A stretch of DNA of 64,000 nt from the NCBI RefSeq assembly GCF_009914755.1, contig NC_060927.1; one strand, given 5' to 3'. This document shows positions 1-14,254 of this stretch, one piece after another. Made by a program: the position numbers and the translations under genes. How positions within the stretch are numbered: position 1 is the first letter of the stretch; every line of letters starts with the position of its first letter. Source of the DNA: the human T2T-CHM13v2.0 reference genome, Homo sapiens. The notes under the pieces were generated by a model that worked only from the letters and a program-made list of their open reading frames with translations, ran no database searches and was not told where the DNA came from.

Positions 1-1324
1 GTCATAATGAAGAATTTTTATAACTTTTCTTCACTTATTGCTACTCAAAATCTTCATCGACTAGTAAAAATCAACCACAGGGCAACTGTTATAAATTATG
101 GTATGTCCATATCTGAAATATTATGAAGTCATTAACAATTAAGATGTGGATTTAATATTTGGTTAATATTTAATGACATGAAAACATTTATGCCAATGTT
201 CAGTGCAGAATATGCAACTTTATTACAATATAGTCCTAATTTTATGTATTAATAAGTGTAAAAGATTTAGCCCCCAGGTTATTGCTGAGAGAGGGATAAA
301 TAAGTACCATTTAATGTAGTCCTAGTATCATTAATTATTAAAAGAATATAAGAGAGAAAAAAACACACATGAGGAGACAGTAAAAAACTGTTTAGCTGAC
401 CAAGTGAGTGCTGCATTATTGTCTGTTTTAACAAGGGAGTAGGTTTTCTCACCACATTCAGCCAATGTGGTAAATTTTCTAACATGATAAAAAGAAACTC
501 CCAGTTTTACTCATTTCCAGAGCTGAAAGTTGAAGAGTTGAAGCCCTTTTGCCCTTCTCAGAATGACTACACTTAAAGTGAGCTTCCTCACCACCAAGTA
601 CCAGAACAAATGGTGGGCCTGGAAAGGCAATTCTGCTCTGAGGAACGTGAAACAAGCATAAACCGAATGTGATGGCAGAGCTGTCACACCTTGTGGCCAT
701 CGATTACATTTCCACTGACCGTTCTATCACTCTCCAGAAGGGTGATCATGCCTGTGCTGCTCCCAGAAGACCCAGATCCACCGAAAGAAATGCAATCCTT
801 CCCCACAGGCAGCCTTTCCTGAGGAGAAGAAGGAGCTTCTCTAATTGTCACATGAGTAGAAAATGTTGAAGAGACCTGCCTCTTTCAGAGGAAGGGTAAA
901 CAGAATTCTAACCACATTTTAAAACACCTCTTCCCTCTGCTTATTGAAGTAGGATACTCAGCAACAATTCAAAAGATTGAGGTTTACATGCACTGATGAG
1001 GAACGACCTCCAAGCTTCATTGTTCAGTGAGTGAAACCAGAGTTAGAGCAACAGAGCTCACAAAATCTCACTTACACGCACTACATGCTTCCACATGCAA
1101 ACACGTGCACATGCACACACATGCACAGACTCTTGCAAAGAAAAGATGAACACACACCAAACTTTTAATGATAAATATGTATGACGAACTAGGAAAGGGA
1201 TGGAATAAAAGGGAACGTTCACTTTTCTTACTCTATATTTCTGAAGTTTTTGGATTTTCTTTTTATAACAGGAGGTAAACATTTAGTTCTTATGTAATTT
1301 TAAGAGAGGGAACGATGAATTCAT

Positions 1325-1960
1325 ACACTTCTGGTAGAAATGTAAAAATGATACAGTCATTTGAAAACAGTTTGGCAGTTCCTCAAAAAGTTAAACATAG
1401 AGTTATCATATGACCCAGCCATTTCACTCCTGAGTGTTTACCCAAGAGAGAAAGAAATATATGTTCCTGCAAATACTTGAGCGTTTATAACAGCGTTGTC
1501 TGTAATAACCGAAAATCAGAGGCAACCAAATGTCTACAAACCAATGAATGGATAACAAACTGGTATAGGCCATGTAATCGAATACTATTCCACAATAATA
1601 GGAAACAACTATTGGTACACATGACAACGTGAATGCATCTCAAAATGATGCTGAGTGAAAGAAGCCAGACAAAAGAGTATTTGCTATGTATTACAATTTA
1701 TATAAAATTCTAGAAATGCAAACCAAACTATAGTGACAGAAAGCAGATCGGTGGTTGAATGTGGCGAGGGGTGGTGGCGTGGTGGGAGGAAGGAAGAACA
1801 AATGGGTCCAAGGACACTTTTGGGGTGATGGATATGTTCACCACCTTCATTGTGCTAATGATTGATCCGGTGTGTACTACAGCAAGATTTATCCAATTGC
1901 ATACTTTAAACATGTAGTTTATAGTGCGCTAATCATAACTCAATGAATCTACAAAAAAGT
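1325..1960 (+). mobile_element. Old L1M (L1MB/MC-type) 3' fragment
   Basis: Typical L1M ORF2-end/3'UTR phrases (TTTGGCAGTTCCTCAAAAAGTTAAAC, ATGCTGAGTGAAAGAAGCCAGACA). Confidence 0.75.
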
Positions 1961-2505
1961 AATACATGCTTAATATAGAACATTTTGAAATAATGTAAAA
2001 ATGAAGACGAAAAATTTAAAAGCCCCTACACTTTCAAAAAGAAAACCGTTAACATTTTGGGGCTTTTTCTTCCAGGAAAGTTTCACGTCCACCATACAGT
2101 CAGCTCTACAAGGGCAAGCCTGCCTGATTCACCAGCCGTATTCACAGAACTATGCTGGAAAAGCAATTGTGGGATAACTAAGTTTGGATCAATAAATGAA
2201 TGTGTAAAAGAGCCTACCCTCTTCATTTCATAGTATATAATGAGGGCTTTTTCATGTCACTAAAAGTTCTTTGAAAACATACCATGGCTTCACACCCTTC
2301 CACTGCCTGGATCTACAGTAATTGATTTTAGACTTGGGTTGTTTAGAGTCTTTCAATATAACCAATAGTGCTGTAATATTCAGCTTTGTGTATACCACAG
2401 AAGACTTGTATTCACCATAGAGGCTATCCCACAACAATTAATGGATCCAATTAAGTAGGTTAACAATTTGGTTTTACATTGTGTAGCTAAAAATAAGATA
2501 GTTGC

Positions 2506-2810
<305 letters not shown>

Positions 2811-3176
2811 ACCCAAAAGATAGTTACATTTTTCATCTTTTAAATTAATTTGTTAATTGCCTTCTCTTTCACTCAGTTTCCCCTTTGGTAAATGGGAGTA
2901 ATAATAATATCTTCCTCTCAAGGTGTTGTTAAAATTTTAAAATATGGTGTAAAAACTGCTTATGACAATGCTGGCAGAGAGTAAACTTGTAATGATGGGC
3001 ACTTCCGGGCCATTCTTGTGCCAGAACTGTCCTTGGCTCCTGCCAAATTCCCGCAATTCAAGTTTTTTTTTTCTTGCACCTGCTAGTCTGAACACATCCA
3101 TCAACCTTGCTTAAAGAATCTTTGGGGTGAATTGGAATTAAAAGGCAAGGCTGGAAGTTTATATTGTTACTATTTA

Positions 3177-3512
<336 letters not shown>

Positions 3513-3566
3513 CTATATTAGCCAAAGATAAATGTCAGCCCCATTGGAATGGGTTCCATGTTCTGT

Positions 3567-3729
3567 CTCTGGATAGCTCTGGTGATGAGAAGGATTCAAG
3601 GGCAGCAATTTTCTTTCAAGAAGATTTTCCATTAGGTATATCTCTTAATGCTATATATATATAATGGAAAATCCTCTTGAAAGAAAATTGCTGCCCTTGA
3701 ATCCTTCTCATCACCAGAGCTATCCAGAG
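3567..3729. repeat. 68-bp inverted repeat (67/68 match, 27-nt loop)
   Basis: Arm 3567-3634 is the reverse complement of 3662-3729 except at position 3622. Confidence 0.95.
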
Positions 3730-3870
3730 TGCAGCACACCAGCATGGCACATGTATACATATGTAACAAACCTGCACGTTGTGCACATGTACCCTAGAAC
3801 TTAAAGTATAATAAAAATATATATATATATAAATTTTTAAAAAGTATTTTAATTTTTTTGCAAAAAAAAA
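3730..3870 (+). mobile_element. 5'-truncated L1PA (L1PA4/5-like) 3' end with degenerate tail
   Basis: TGCAGCACACCAGCATGGCACATGTATACATATGTAACAAACCTGCACGTTGTGCACATGTACCCTAGAACTTAAAGTATAATAAAA. 13-bp TSD at 3618-3630 / 3871-3883. Confidence 0.9.
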
Positions 3871-4519
3871 AAGAGGATTTTCCCCAGCTTTCTACTGAAC
3901 CTGTGCAAGTGAAACTTGATTGAAACCACTCGCTTCGTAGAGTTGTGGTAGCAAACCATAAATCATTCTGGCTTCCCTGAGAAGTTTTTCAAACCTTAGA
4001 GAGCCAGATGACTCTTAACAAAGCTGTTTCATTAAACAGTTTTAGAGTGGATTTTTAGCCAAGTTCTGGTTCTAGATTCTCAGCATTTAGCAGAAATGTT
4101 TAGTGAGTTACTCACATACACACATGTAAAGCTTTTGTTCACTTAGGTCAACAGAGAGAGAAATGAATATGTAAATATGTATTGAGTCAATATTTGCAAA
4201 TATAGCTTTGTTTAAATAATAGCCTCTCATTTTATAGTTAAGAAAAGTGAGGCTTAACAAGATTGAGTGACTTGCTCAAATTCTCAGTCAGTGGTAGGGG
4301 GGGTAAACCCAACTCTCTCTGATTCCAAAGCAAGTATATCATCTACATGATAGAAAATCATAATAACAGCCGATATTTTCCCAACATATTACAGTTTCCA
4401 AGCCTCTCTGATACATTGTCTCATCAAGCCCTTATGGTCCTTCTCTGTTTAGAAGGCTACCATGGGGCAGGCCTTCTCCCCACACCTCCCAAACGTGGAT
4501 ATAAGACTCTCCCTTGACA

Positions 4520-4650
4520 TCCAAATGTGGTCCTGGCCCAGCATCATGGGCATTGCCTGAGAGCTTGTTAGAAATGCAGACTCTCAGGCCCCACCCCAGA
4601 CCTACTGACTCAGAATCTGTATTTTAATAAGATCCCCACTTTGAAGAGCA
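4520..4650. mobile_element. MER5A (hAT-Charlie) fragment
   Basis: GAGCTTGTTAGAAATGCAGACTCTCAGGCCCCACCCCAGACCTACTGA. Confidence 0.8.
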
Positions 4651-6419
4651 TTCCCACAAAGTCAGACAAGAAATGCACACATGATGACCACAGCAGAGAG
4701 AAGGCAGAGTGTCCCTCAGGCTAGCAGGTCTTGTGTGACACTGACTGAAGAGCTAAAGACAGTGCATGTGCATGGGCAGGAAGGGATGGGCAGAGCACGA
4801 GATCACAAAGATCACCACTGGCATTGCTCAGGGATGGAGGACCATGGATAAAGGCCATTGGCAAGGTCAGTCCTGCTGTGCAAGGAGTGCATGGGCAACC
4901 AAGTCTACTGATGCTGTATGTTTGTTATGGGAAACCCTTGGGATGCTAGACTAGGCAGAATGTAATCAATTTTTATTTTTCATTTCATGAAGACTTTCCT
5001 AGAAGCAGGAAAAAGAAGACGCCATGCCTTCCAGTCATGCTTGCTTAAAGCCATGCTTGCTTGCTCTTCTATATTTCATTTAGAAAACACGGTTAACGTT
5101 TCAATGAAGTAGTGGTTGGATATTACCCTGGGCCCCCAAGTTCTGCCCTCCCTAGCCTGGGATGGGACACAGCTATAAGAAGGAGCATACTTCCTCTGGT
5201 CCATCTCTAACTTTTAAGACAACGCAGCCAACTCTGAGCCTACACCCCCTTGTGTCATTGATGTACCCCTCCTTTGTGGAAGGTGCCTGGAAGCAGTGTG
5301 GGTAATGCCTGGAGATGGCTGGGCATGGCCTTGGTAGGGAATGATTCGTCTGTGTCTTTTTTGAGCCATAAAATCCCCATCTTATTGAAATAAAAAGAAA
5401 TTCAGGTATGTCTGGTCCAGACAGAAGAGGTCACCCCCAAATCTGGGACATCCAAGATGACACCCAAGATGAAAGATGATGTCATCATCAATCCTCTGGT
5501 TTAAAACTATTTCCCTCAGGATTGCAATTTGGCTCCTCCAGTGGGTCTGCCCATGGAGGGAGAGAGACCAGTTATGTCAACAAAAGTACTCGAGTTCCCA
5601 TGACATCTGCTTTTGCATTTTCCTCCAACTCTCCATGTCATTTTGTCATACAACACTGCCTCATTAAACGAGGGGTATAAACTAGAAAGTTGTAATGAAG
5701 ATGTTTCTTGAAATGATTTCTGCAGAGCAGCAACCTTCCAGGCAACCCACTTTCTCTCCAGTGCCCGCTCTCAAGCTCAGCCTGGCAGGAGGGGCAGGGT
5801 AGCATGTTACAAGGGTGCTCACGAGGGCATGCAGAAAGCTATGTGGTTTGGGGTCAGGAAACCAGGTGCCTGGCTGTCAGGCTACACCCACAGACCCAGG
5901 CATCACCACCAAGTCAGGTGTCTCTTGGTTTTCGCTGCTCTAGAATTATGAGTTGACAATCAGATGGCACAGAAGCCTGGAAACTAAGTTATCAGTTAAT
6001 CAGAAAGGCCTGCTTGCATGTGGTTCAGACATCCTGAGGTGGTAGCACAGTGTGGCATAGGGTGGAAATTGCTATCCTCAGGGTGAGTTATGGTGTCTCT
6101 GTGTGTGTGCACATGTGTGCGTGTGTGTTTGTGGTTGAACACAGAGAAACTATCTTTCTTCTTGATGATCAGATGAACAATGAGTGCTTTTGACAAATGG
6201 GATGATTTTATAATAACGTCTAAAGAGAAGTAATTGTATATTTGTACAAATACAAAGCCTACTTAACATTTAAGACAAGCAACAGATTTTCCAATGTTAT
6301 TCAACAGATAGAAATACTTATAGGAATCCTAAAATATTTAATGTTAATTACACAATTAAGCAATTTATTCTTGAAAACACTCTCATAGTAAAGCACTCGT
6401 TGATTACAGACAAACGAAA

Positions 6420-7110
6420 CGTCTCCTTCACCACCTTCCACCACCCCCTGACTTCTTCCAGGAGCTAAGCACTGTGGCTATTTGATATTAATCCTTCTAA
6501 AGGCTTTCTCTGCACTTAAAAACATGTATATGTTCCCAGACAAATGGATAATACTTGAGTGTTTTGTTTTTATCAGAAATACCATCATATTGAACATACC
6601 ATCTATTATACAAGTTGCTTTATTTGTTCAGAAACATGCCCTGGGAATCTTTTCATGTTAGTACATGTAGATCCACATTAAATCTTTTAAATGGCTACAT
6701 AGTATTCCATAGAATGAAAGTACCATCCTTTATGTAATCACCATCTCCTTGATGAACATGTAGGTGGTATTTCATCTTCACCCACATAAGCAAGGCAGCC
6801 ATGATCTTTGTTACAATGCCTCCTTAAAGAAATGCATTGAATTTCTCCAGAGGGGATGCCAGAATGGAGTTGCTTTGATACAAGGAATGCAAACTTTGTA
6901 TCTTAGCAGATATTGCTGTCATCTCTTTCCAGTGTGGCTGAACCCATTTTTGCACCCTCAGGAATGGGTGAGAGGCCATGATTCCCAATCACAGTGCTTG
7001 ATATTAAACTCATAATCATTTGCCTATTTGAAGGGTGAAAACATTGTTTTTATTTAATATGCATTTTCCTACTACTAGCTAGATAGAGCACCTTTTCATA
7101 TGTTTTTCCG
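6420..7110 (-). mobile_element. Old L1M(E) fragment
   Basis: Degenerate antisense L1 3' phrases (GGCTACATAGTATTCCAT, GAGCACCTTTTCATATG). Confidence 0.55.
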
Positions 7111-8179
7111 CTCATCTGGGAAGAAAACTTTTGTACATTTGAAAAATATGTGTTATCTTTTTATTTTTGTTTTGCAGGAGCAGAAGTTCTTTTCTAAGAG
7201 AAATTGCAAAAAGCAAGTGGCAACATACTAGACATTTTTCTTTATTTCAGAAAGTCATAAAAGCAATGGCTTGCATAGAAATAGAGAAAAAAGTCTGTGG
7301 TATGTGTATGTGCATTTTTTTTTTTCCATAGAGTGACGCTAACACCCACACACCTTTAGCAAATGGAGTGAAGCCCCCAAAGATTGCAAAGGCAAAGATG
7401 AAAGACAAAGAAAAGAAAGGCAGTTCTACCAGGCGCTTTATAACAAGAAAAGCGACTTGCAACCAGCATCTGAAATCTGGCTTCCATGTTCTGCAGAGGG
7501 CTTTGTTTGCTTCCCAGGGCCAACTATTTCCTGTAGAAATCCTTTCTATAGTGGGAGCTTGGGATTTGGCTGGTGTTTATCAGTTGCCCACGTAAGGAAG
7601 TGATGTCAGCCTGTGGCCCCCACCTGGGGTTATCTGAGGGGCTCATCGCTTACTGGTACTGACTGAGACGGAGAAGCAGCCAGGTGGCAGCAAGGAATGG
7701 CAGGCCTAGGCTCATCAAATCACCCTCAACCACAGCAGAATTTATCGCCACAGTGCATCTCTTGGGGGAAAGCTGAAGTCTGGGGGCTTGAGAAAATTAG
7801 GTGTAAGAATGAGGGGTGCAGAGGGGCCAGAAAGGAAGGGGAAGGAGCTCCATCCTCTCTGGAGTGTGTTCTGATGCATGTGGAGGAGGCTATGGAGCAA
7901 ATACAAGTATAAACCCCAAAGCGGGGCTGTGGTGTCGATCGAGTACTTGGGGTGTGTGGCACACCCATTTAAGCTTTTGTTTAAATAGTGTTTTAAAAGA
8001 TTGGCAAGGGAGAGGTCCGGACATTTTAGAAAACATCTGTGGGGTAGGTTGTGTTTCCACTCTTTGTGAATGTGGCTAGTAAGCTGAAACTCTCACTGAG
8101 GAGATGCTAATTTATGAGCGTAGTGAGATTTGCAACAAACCAGCCCAGGAATAGAACAGGGGATGGGTTGGTGAGCATG

Positions 8180-8335
8180 AGGACTTCCTGGGGGGCTTGT
8201 TGAAGTGCAGATTACTGGGCCCCATCCGTAGGGTTTCTCCTTCCTAGGTCTGAGGCACCTCACAGCTCTAACAAATTTCCAGGTAATACTGATGCTGCTG
8301 GTCTGGGGCACACAATTTGAGAACCATCAGGCTAG
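8180..8335. mobile_element. MER5A fragment
   Basis: AACAAATTTCCAGGTAATACTGATGCTGCTGGTCTGGGGCACACAATTTGAGAACCA. Confidence 0.7.
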
Positions 8336-8794
8336 CGATGACTGGCTAAAGAAACTTTTAACTGGGGAGACAACAGATGCTGTGACCTTTTGTAGATAGT
8401 TGGTGGCTGTGGTCTCCTCTCAGGCTGATGGGGGAGGGGATTCCAGATAATCAGAGGAATTGAGAAATGCTTTTATGACAAAGTTTGCAGATGGCAGATG
8501 AGGAACAATGTTTGCCTGAGGTGCTTCTAAAGGCAAGTGAGGCTGAAGTAGGGCTGTGATGTCTTAGAAAGAGTATTCTAATCTAAACTGAGGGCCAGGG
8601 CCAAGATAAGATTAAGTATTAGTGAGAAAAAGAGCATATTCTACCCAGGTACTTATTTTTTAAATTATTAAGGAACTTGTAAAATCAAACTAACAAATAC
8701 CATGACCATGGCTAAACAAAGATAAAATAAGACTTAAGACAAACCTGTTCCTTGTTCTAATTTCCCCACTGCTAGTCCTATTCCCCAAACCAAT

Positions 8795-8950
8795 TTTTCA
8801 AGCTTCTCAAACTTTACTGAGTACACAAACCCTGGGGATTTGTTAATGGCAGAGTTGATTCAGTGGGCCTAGGGCAGGGCCTGAAATTCTGCATTTCCAA
8901 CAAGCTCCTAGGTGATGCTAGTGTTGCTCTATGGGCCATGCATTGTACTG
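8795..8950. mobile_element. MER5A-like fragment
   Basis: GGGCCTGAAATTCTGCATTTCCAACAAGCTCCTAGGTGATGCT. Confidence 0.7.
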
Positions 8951-10269
8951 GGAGGTTTTAAATAATTCTTTTAGCTGTGTGTTTTGCTAATCAATGTTAG
9001 ACATTCTTCATTTATTTCCTGCAATAATTTATGAACATTTCATTTCTCCATCAGCCTTACTTGCCTTACTTGCCTTCCCATCTTTACATTACAGTTATAT
9101 TTAGTATTTTTATTAATATTAATAAACACTGCTATAGTACAGTGACTGTAAAATTGTTTACTGCATAGTAAAGCAGTGAACTATTATAATTCATTTCTCA
9201 TACAGCCTTTTGTTTTTCCTGGAGTTTCTAATTGTATTTATTTTCTTCTTACAATGTCTTGCTCATAATAATTCTGTTTCCCCTCTCCCCTCGATAAAGC
9301 TCACCATAACAGCTCATCTATAAAGTCCTCTTTTCTCTGGAAGACCTCCATCTTTCCACAAATTCAAACCAAACTAAACCAAACCAAACCAAAACAAAAC
9401 CTCTTCCTGCCTCTGAGCATTCCACAAGCTGTTCACTCCTTCTAGGATACCGTCTCCTCCCTCCTATAATCTTCCCCAACAGGCTTACGTGCCACCTGTT
9501 GAAGTGTTACTCATTGCTCTAATCTAATATAACCTTTGTAGTCAGTTTGCTTCCCTATCACCATCAGTAGTGATGGCTCCCTCTGCTTCCCTTTACCTCG
9601 TTTATTCCTCCATCACATGTGCACATGCATGCACACATGCATATATATACATATGGGGGCCTCATCCACTCACTAATTCTACAAGTACTTATTAAGAGTT
9701 TACTACATGTCAAAGATGTTTCTGCCTGTTTCACCATCTCCACTTCCTTTCTTGCTGTTAATCTCTCCCATCTTCATTCTTCATTAATATTCCCTTTGCT
9801 TTGCTTCCTTTGCATCCTCCTCTTTCCTACATCTCTATTTTGGGAGACATATTTCTCTAAGGGTCCACAACTATTTCATGAAAATGATAGCCACTGAAAA
9901 AATCTGCGTGCTTCCAGTGGCCATTTGGGGTTGTGGGGAGGTGAAGGGATAAGCATTTTGATGTTATACTATGTTGCTCTCCCGTGTACTTGCTGCTAAG
10001 TCCTTTATTTAATATATGACCATGCAACAGGTCTGTGTGCAGGATGTGGACATTTTGCTATGGGGAGTGTATCTTTTAGAATAACTTCTTCTTAGGGGAT
10101 GCTCTTTCCTATGGCTTTGAATGGCTCTTCCTTCTCATACTTCAGCTCTGAGAATAAATGTCACCTCCTCAGAGAGGCCTTCTCCCATCTGAAGTAGCTC
10201 TATTCCCTTCCCTTCCCACCACTCAGCCATTCTCTATCACATTACCCTGTAGGTACATTAATTTCATTG

Positions 10270-10765
10270 ATGTCTCCAATTAATAGTCTCCCTGTATCCA
10301 TACCCTTTGAAATGGACTTTGTAGTTCTTCCCATTGAGAGGTAGTGTCTGTCTCCCCACACCTTGAATCCGGGCGGACTTTGTGACTTGCTTTGACCAAT
10401 AGTATGCAACAAAGTGATGGTGTGGCAGTTCTAAGCCCAGACCTTCAGAGTCACTGTGTACTTCTCTCTCTATAACCTTATCATCATCACCATCTGTCCA
10501 AACCCAGACTAGCCAGCTGGTGGATGGGAGGCACGTGGACCAGTGGTAACATCATCCCGTACAGCTAACCCCTAGTTAACTTTCTAGCTGGCTACAAACA
10601 CCTGGGCTAGCAGGCCCAACTGAGGTCAGCTAAGGTTAGTTGAAGAACTTCTCAATTGAGCCCAGCTTAAAATACAACTTGTAGAATCATGAGCTAAATA
10701 AATAATTGTTGTTTAAGCCACTACATTTTGGAGCAGTTTATTCTGCAGCAATAGCTTACTGATAC
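10270..10765 (+). mobile_element. MLT1 (MaLR) LTR inserted into an L2 fragment (L2 ~10100-10250 and 10765-10970)
   Basis: TGTGACTTGCTTTGACCAAT...TGTTTAAGCCACTACATTTTGG...GCAATAGCTTACTGATACA. The L2 end is TGAGTAAATGAATAAATGAAT. Confidence 0.75.
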
Positions 10766-11049
10766 ATCCTGTTTATTTCCTTTAGAGCCCTTATCACTGT
10801 CTAACATTAACTTCTTTGTTTACTTTTTCTCTCCTGCTCCCTTTGAATGTGAGCTCTATGAGGGTATGCCCCTTGTCTGTTTGGTTCATTACCGTATTCT
10901 TAGTATTTAGAATAGTGTCTGACTATAGTAAGTGCAAAATCAGTTTTGAGTAAATGAATAAATGAATTAACATACCATTTGCAAATGCCTAGTGTGTTGC
11001 TATATATCAGGAGGAGTATCTAATAACTCAGGTAATGGAAGAAAAGCAG

Positions 11050-11410
<361 letters not shown>

Positions 11411-12804
11411 TGGACCAATTTTATTTGTTAAGTTTGACCCAGAGTAGAAGGTTTTTTTATTCTCTTACTTTTTGGTTCTCTGGGTGAAGAAATGCCCTAA
11501 TGTAAATTTTTAAATTTGTGGAACCAAGTGTCTCTTTAGAGGATGTGACTTATAGAAAGGAAGGGGAGGAAAAAATTATGGCCTTTGAAATTAGTTGAAT
11601 CCCAGCTACCACTACTGTGTGATCTTAGGACATTCGGTTAGCTGCTCAAAGACTCAACTTTCTTTTCTAAGAAGGATGCAAACTCTCTTATCAACTTATT
11701 ACGGGATTTGAATAAGATAAAGTTCGTAAAGCTCTTGGCACAAACTCAGTGCTCAGACCATTCATTTGCTTTCTCTTTCCTGGACCAGGGTGGGAATCAC
11801 AGTCAAGTGAAGCCTGAGGCTCTTGACGCTCAGGGACATAGGACAGCTCAAAGGCTTTGGGATGTTTAAGAAGGAGGGTTGTTTGAAGGAGGAACCCAGG
11901 GTAATTTAGTGAGACACACCTTTCATTTGGTTGGATTTGAATGATGTTCCTGCATTGGTCATTTATTGGATTTCTCTGTAGTGTTTAGAAATGAAATATT
12001 TTAATAACAAAAGGGCAAGCATTGTTGCTTTGGCACCGTGTGGGTGCCAAACTCACAGATTACAGCAATCCTAGGGAATAGCTATTAGTGTCCCTGTTTT
12101 ACAAAAGAGAAATCTGAGGCTCTGAGACACAGACCACCCTGCAAGCAAGTGTAGAGCTGGATAGACCCCAGAGGTAATCATGATACCCTGACACACTTCA
12201 GTAGAAAGTACCTCTACTGAGCATTGCCATGTGCCAGGCGCTGGCTCGACTCTTTCCTGTATTAGTTCTTTTTCCTCTCACAGCAATCCCTTGAAGGGGG
12301 TAGTATCATCCTATTTTATAGATAAGGAAAATGTTTTGCCCAGCGTCACCTAGTAAAGCACCGTCTTGACACCAAAGCCTGTGATCCTGGCTTAGTTCAC
12401 CTGTGTCCATTCCTGGAGGTGCAGGGTGGTGAAAAGTTCAAGAAATTTGGTAGATGGTAGAAACCTTAAAATGAAAAGAGAAATGAGCTAAATCTTTGAG
12501 ATGGAAAGGAAGGCTGGACCTGGCTGGGTTAGTCACAGGACTGGGGAGTGGAAGGGTAACTATTCCCCCAGCCTTCCTCCGGGCTCTCTTCAAAGCCTCC
12601 TGGACACAAGACAGCAGGGATGGAAGCCGAGACAACAGCTGTCTCTATCTTAGGTCATCTCAAACATAGGGCAAGGGAAGGCTTCCTCAATGCATATCAG
12701 AGGAAGAGAAAAGTAGGAAGGGATCCCAACTCCTGCAGCCCAAGATATAGCGAATAAAATCGTGAAACTATTGAAAAATAAACTCCAAGTTTAAAAGATA
12801 CTAA

Positions 12805-13309
<505 letters not shown>

Positions 13310-13382
13310 TGAAACTCCATGAGTAATCTGAGTCCTGTGATGGGGTCTTTGTTTTAAAGCATAATTTATTTCATTTATTAGT

Positions 13383-13692
<310 letters not shown>

Positions 13693-14254
13693 TAGTTTTT
13701 AACTGACAAATAATAATTTTATTTATGGGGTACAATGTGATGTATCTACATGGTGGAAAGATTAAATTAAGCTAATTAGTATTTTCCTCACCTCACCTAC
13801 TCATTTTTCTTGTGGTGAGAATGTTTAAAAATCTATTCTTTCAGCAATTTTGGAATATGCAAAACATTATTATTAACTATGGCCAGCACCAGCCCGAGGC
13901 CTGAAGCTTTCCTCTGGGTCTCCCTTGCAGGGGCCTGACCTTTTGATGTGATTGTTTTGATGTGGCCATTTAGAAACTGAGGCTATTTTCATGTAGCTAT
14001 TTTGATGCTGTGGAAATTTTCTGACTTTTCAAAAACTAGCCACTGAACTTTCAGCTTTTGAAAAAATGATCAAGTGTTAATATACTATAGGGCCAGGGAC
14101 AGGGCAGGGGTTGGCGCTATGGACAAAGTGGGGCAGGGTGAGGCTGGGGGATGGGGCCCATTTCTAATGTAATTTCTTATTTAAAAAACTAAACATGTAA
14201 AGTTCTGATTTTTAGGGTCACAAAGGCCCTCAAGTAAAAAAAAAAAAAAGCCCC

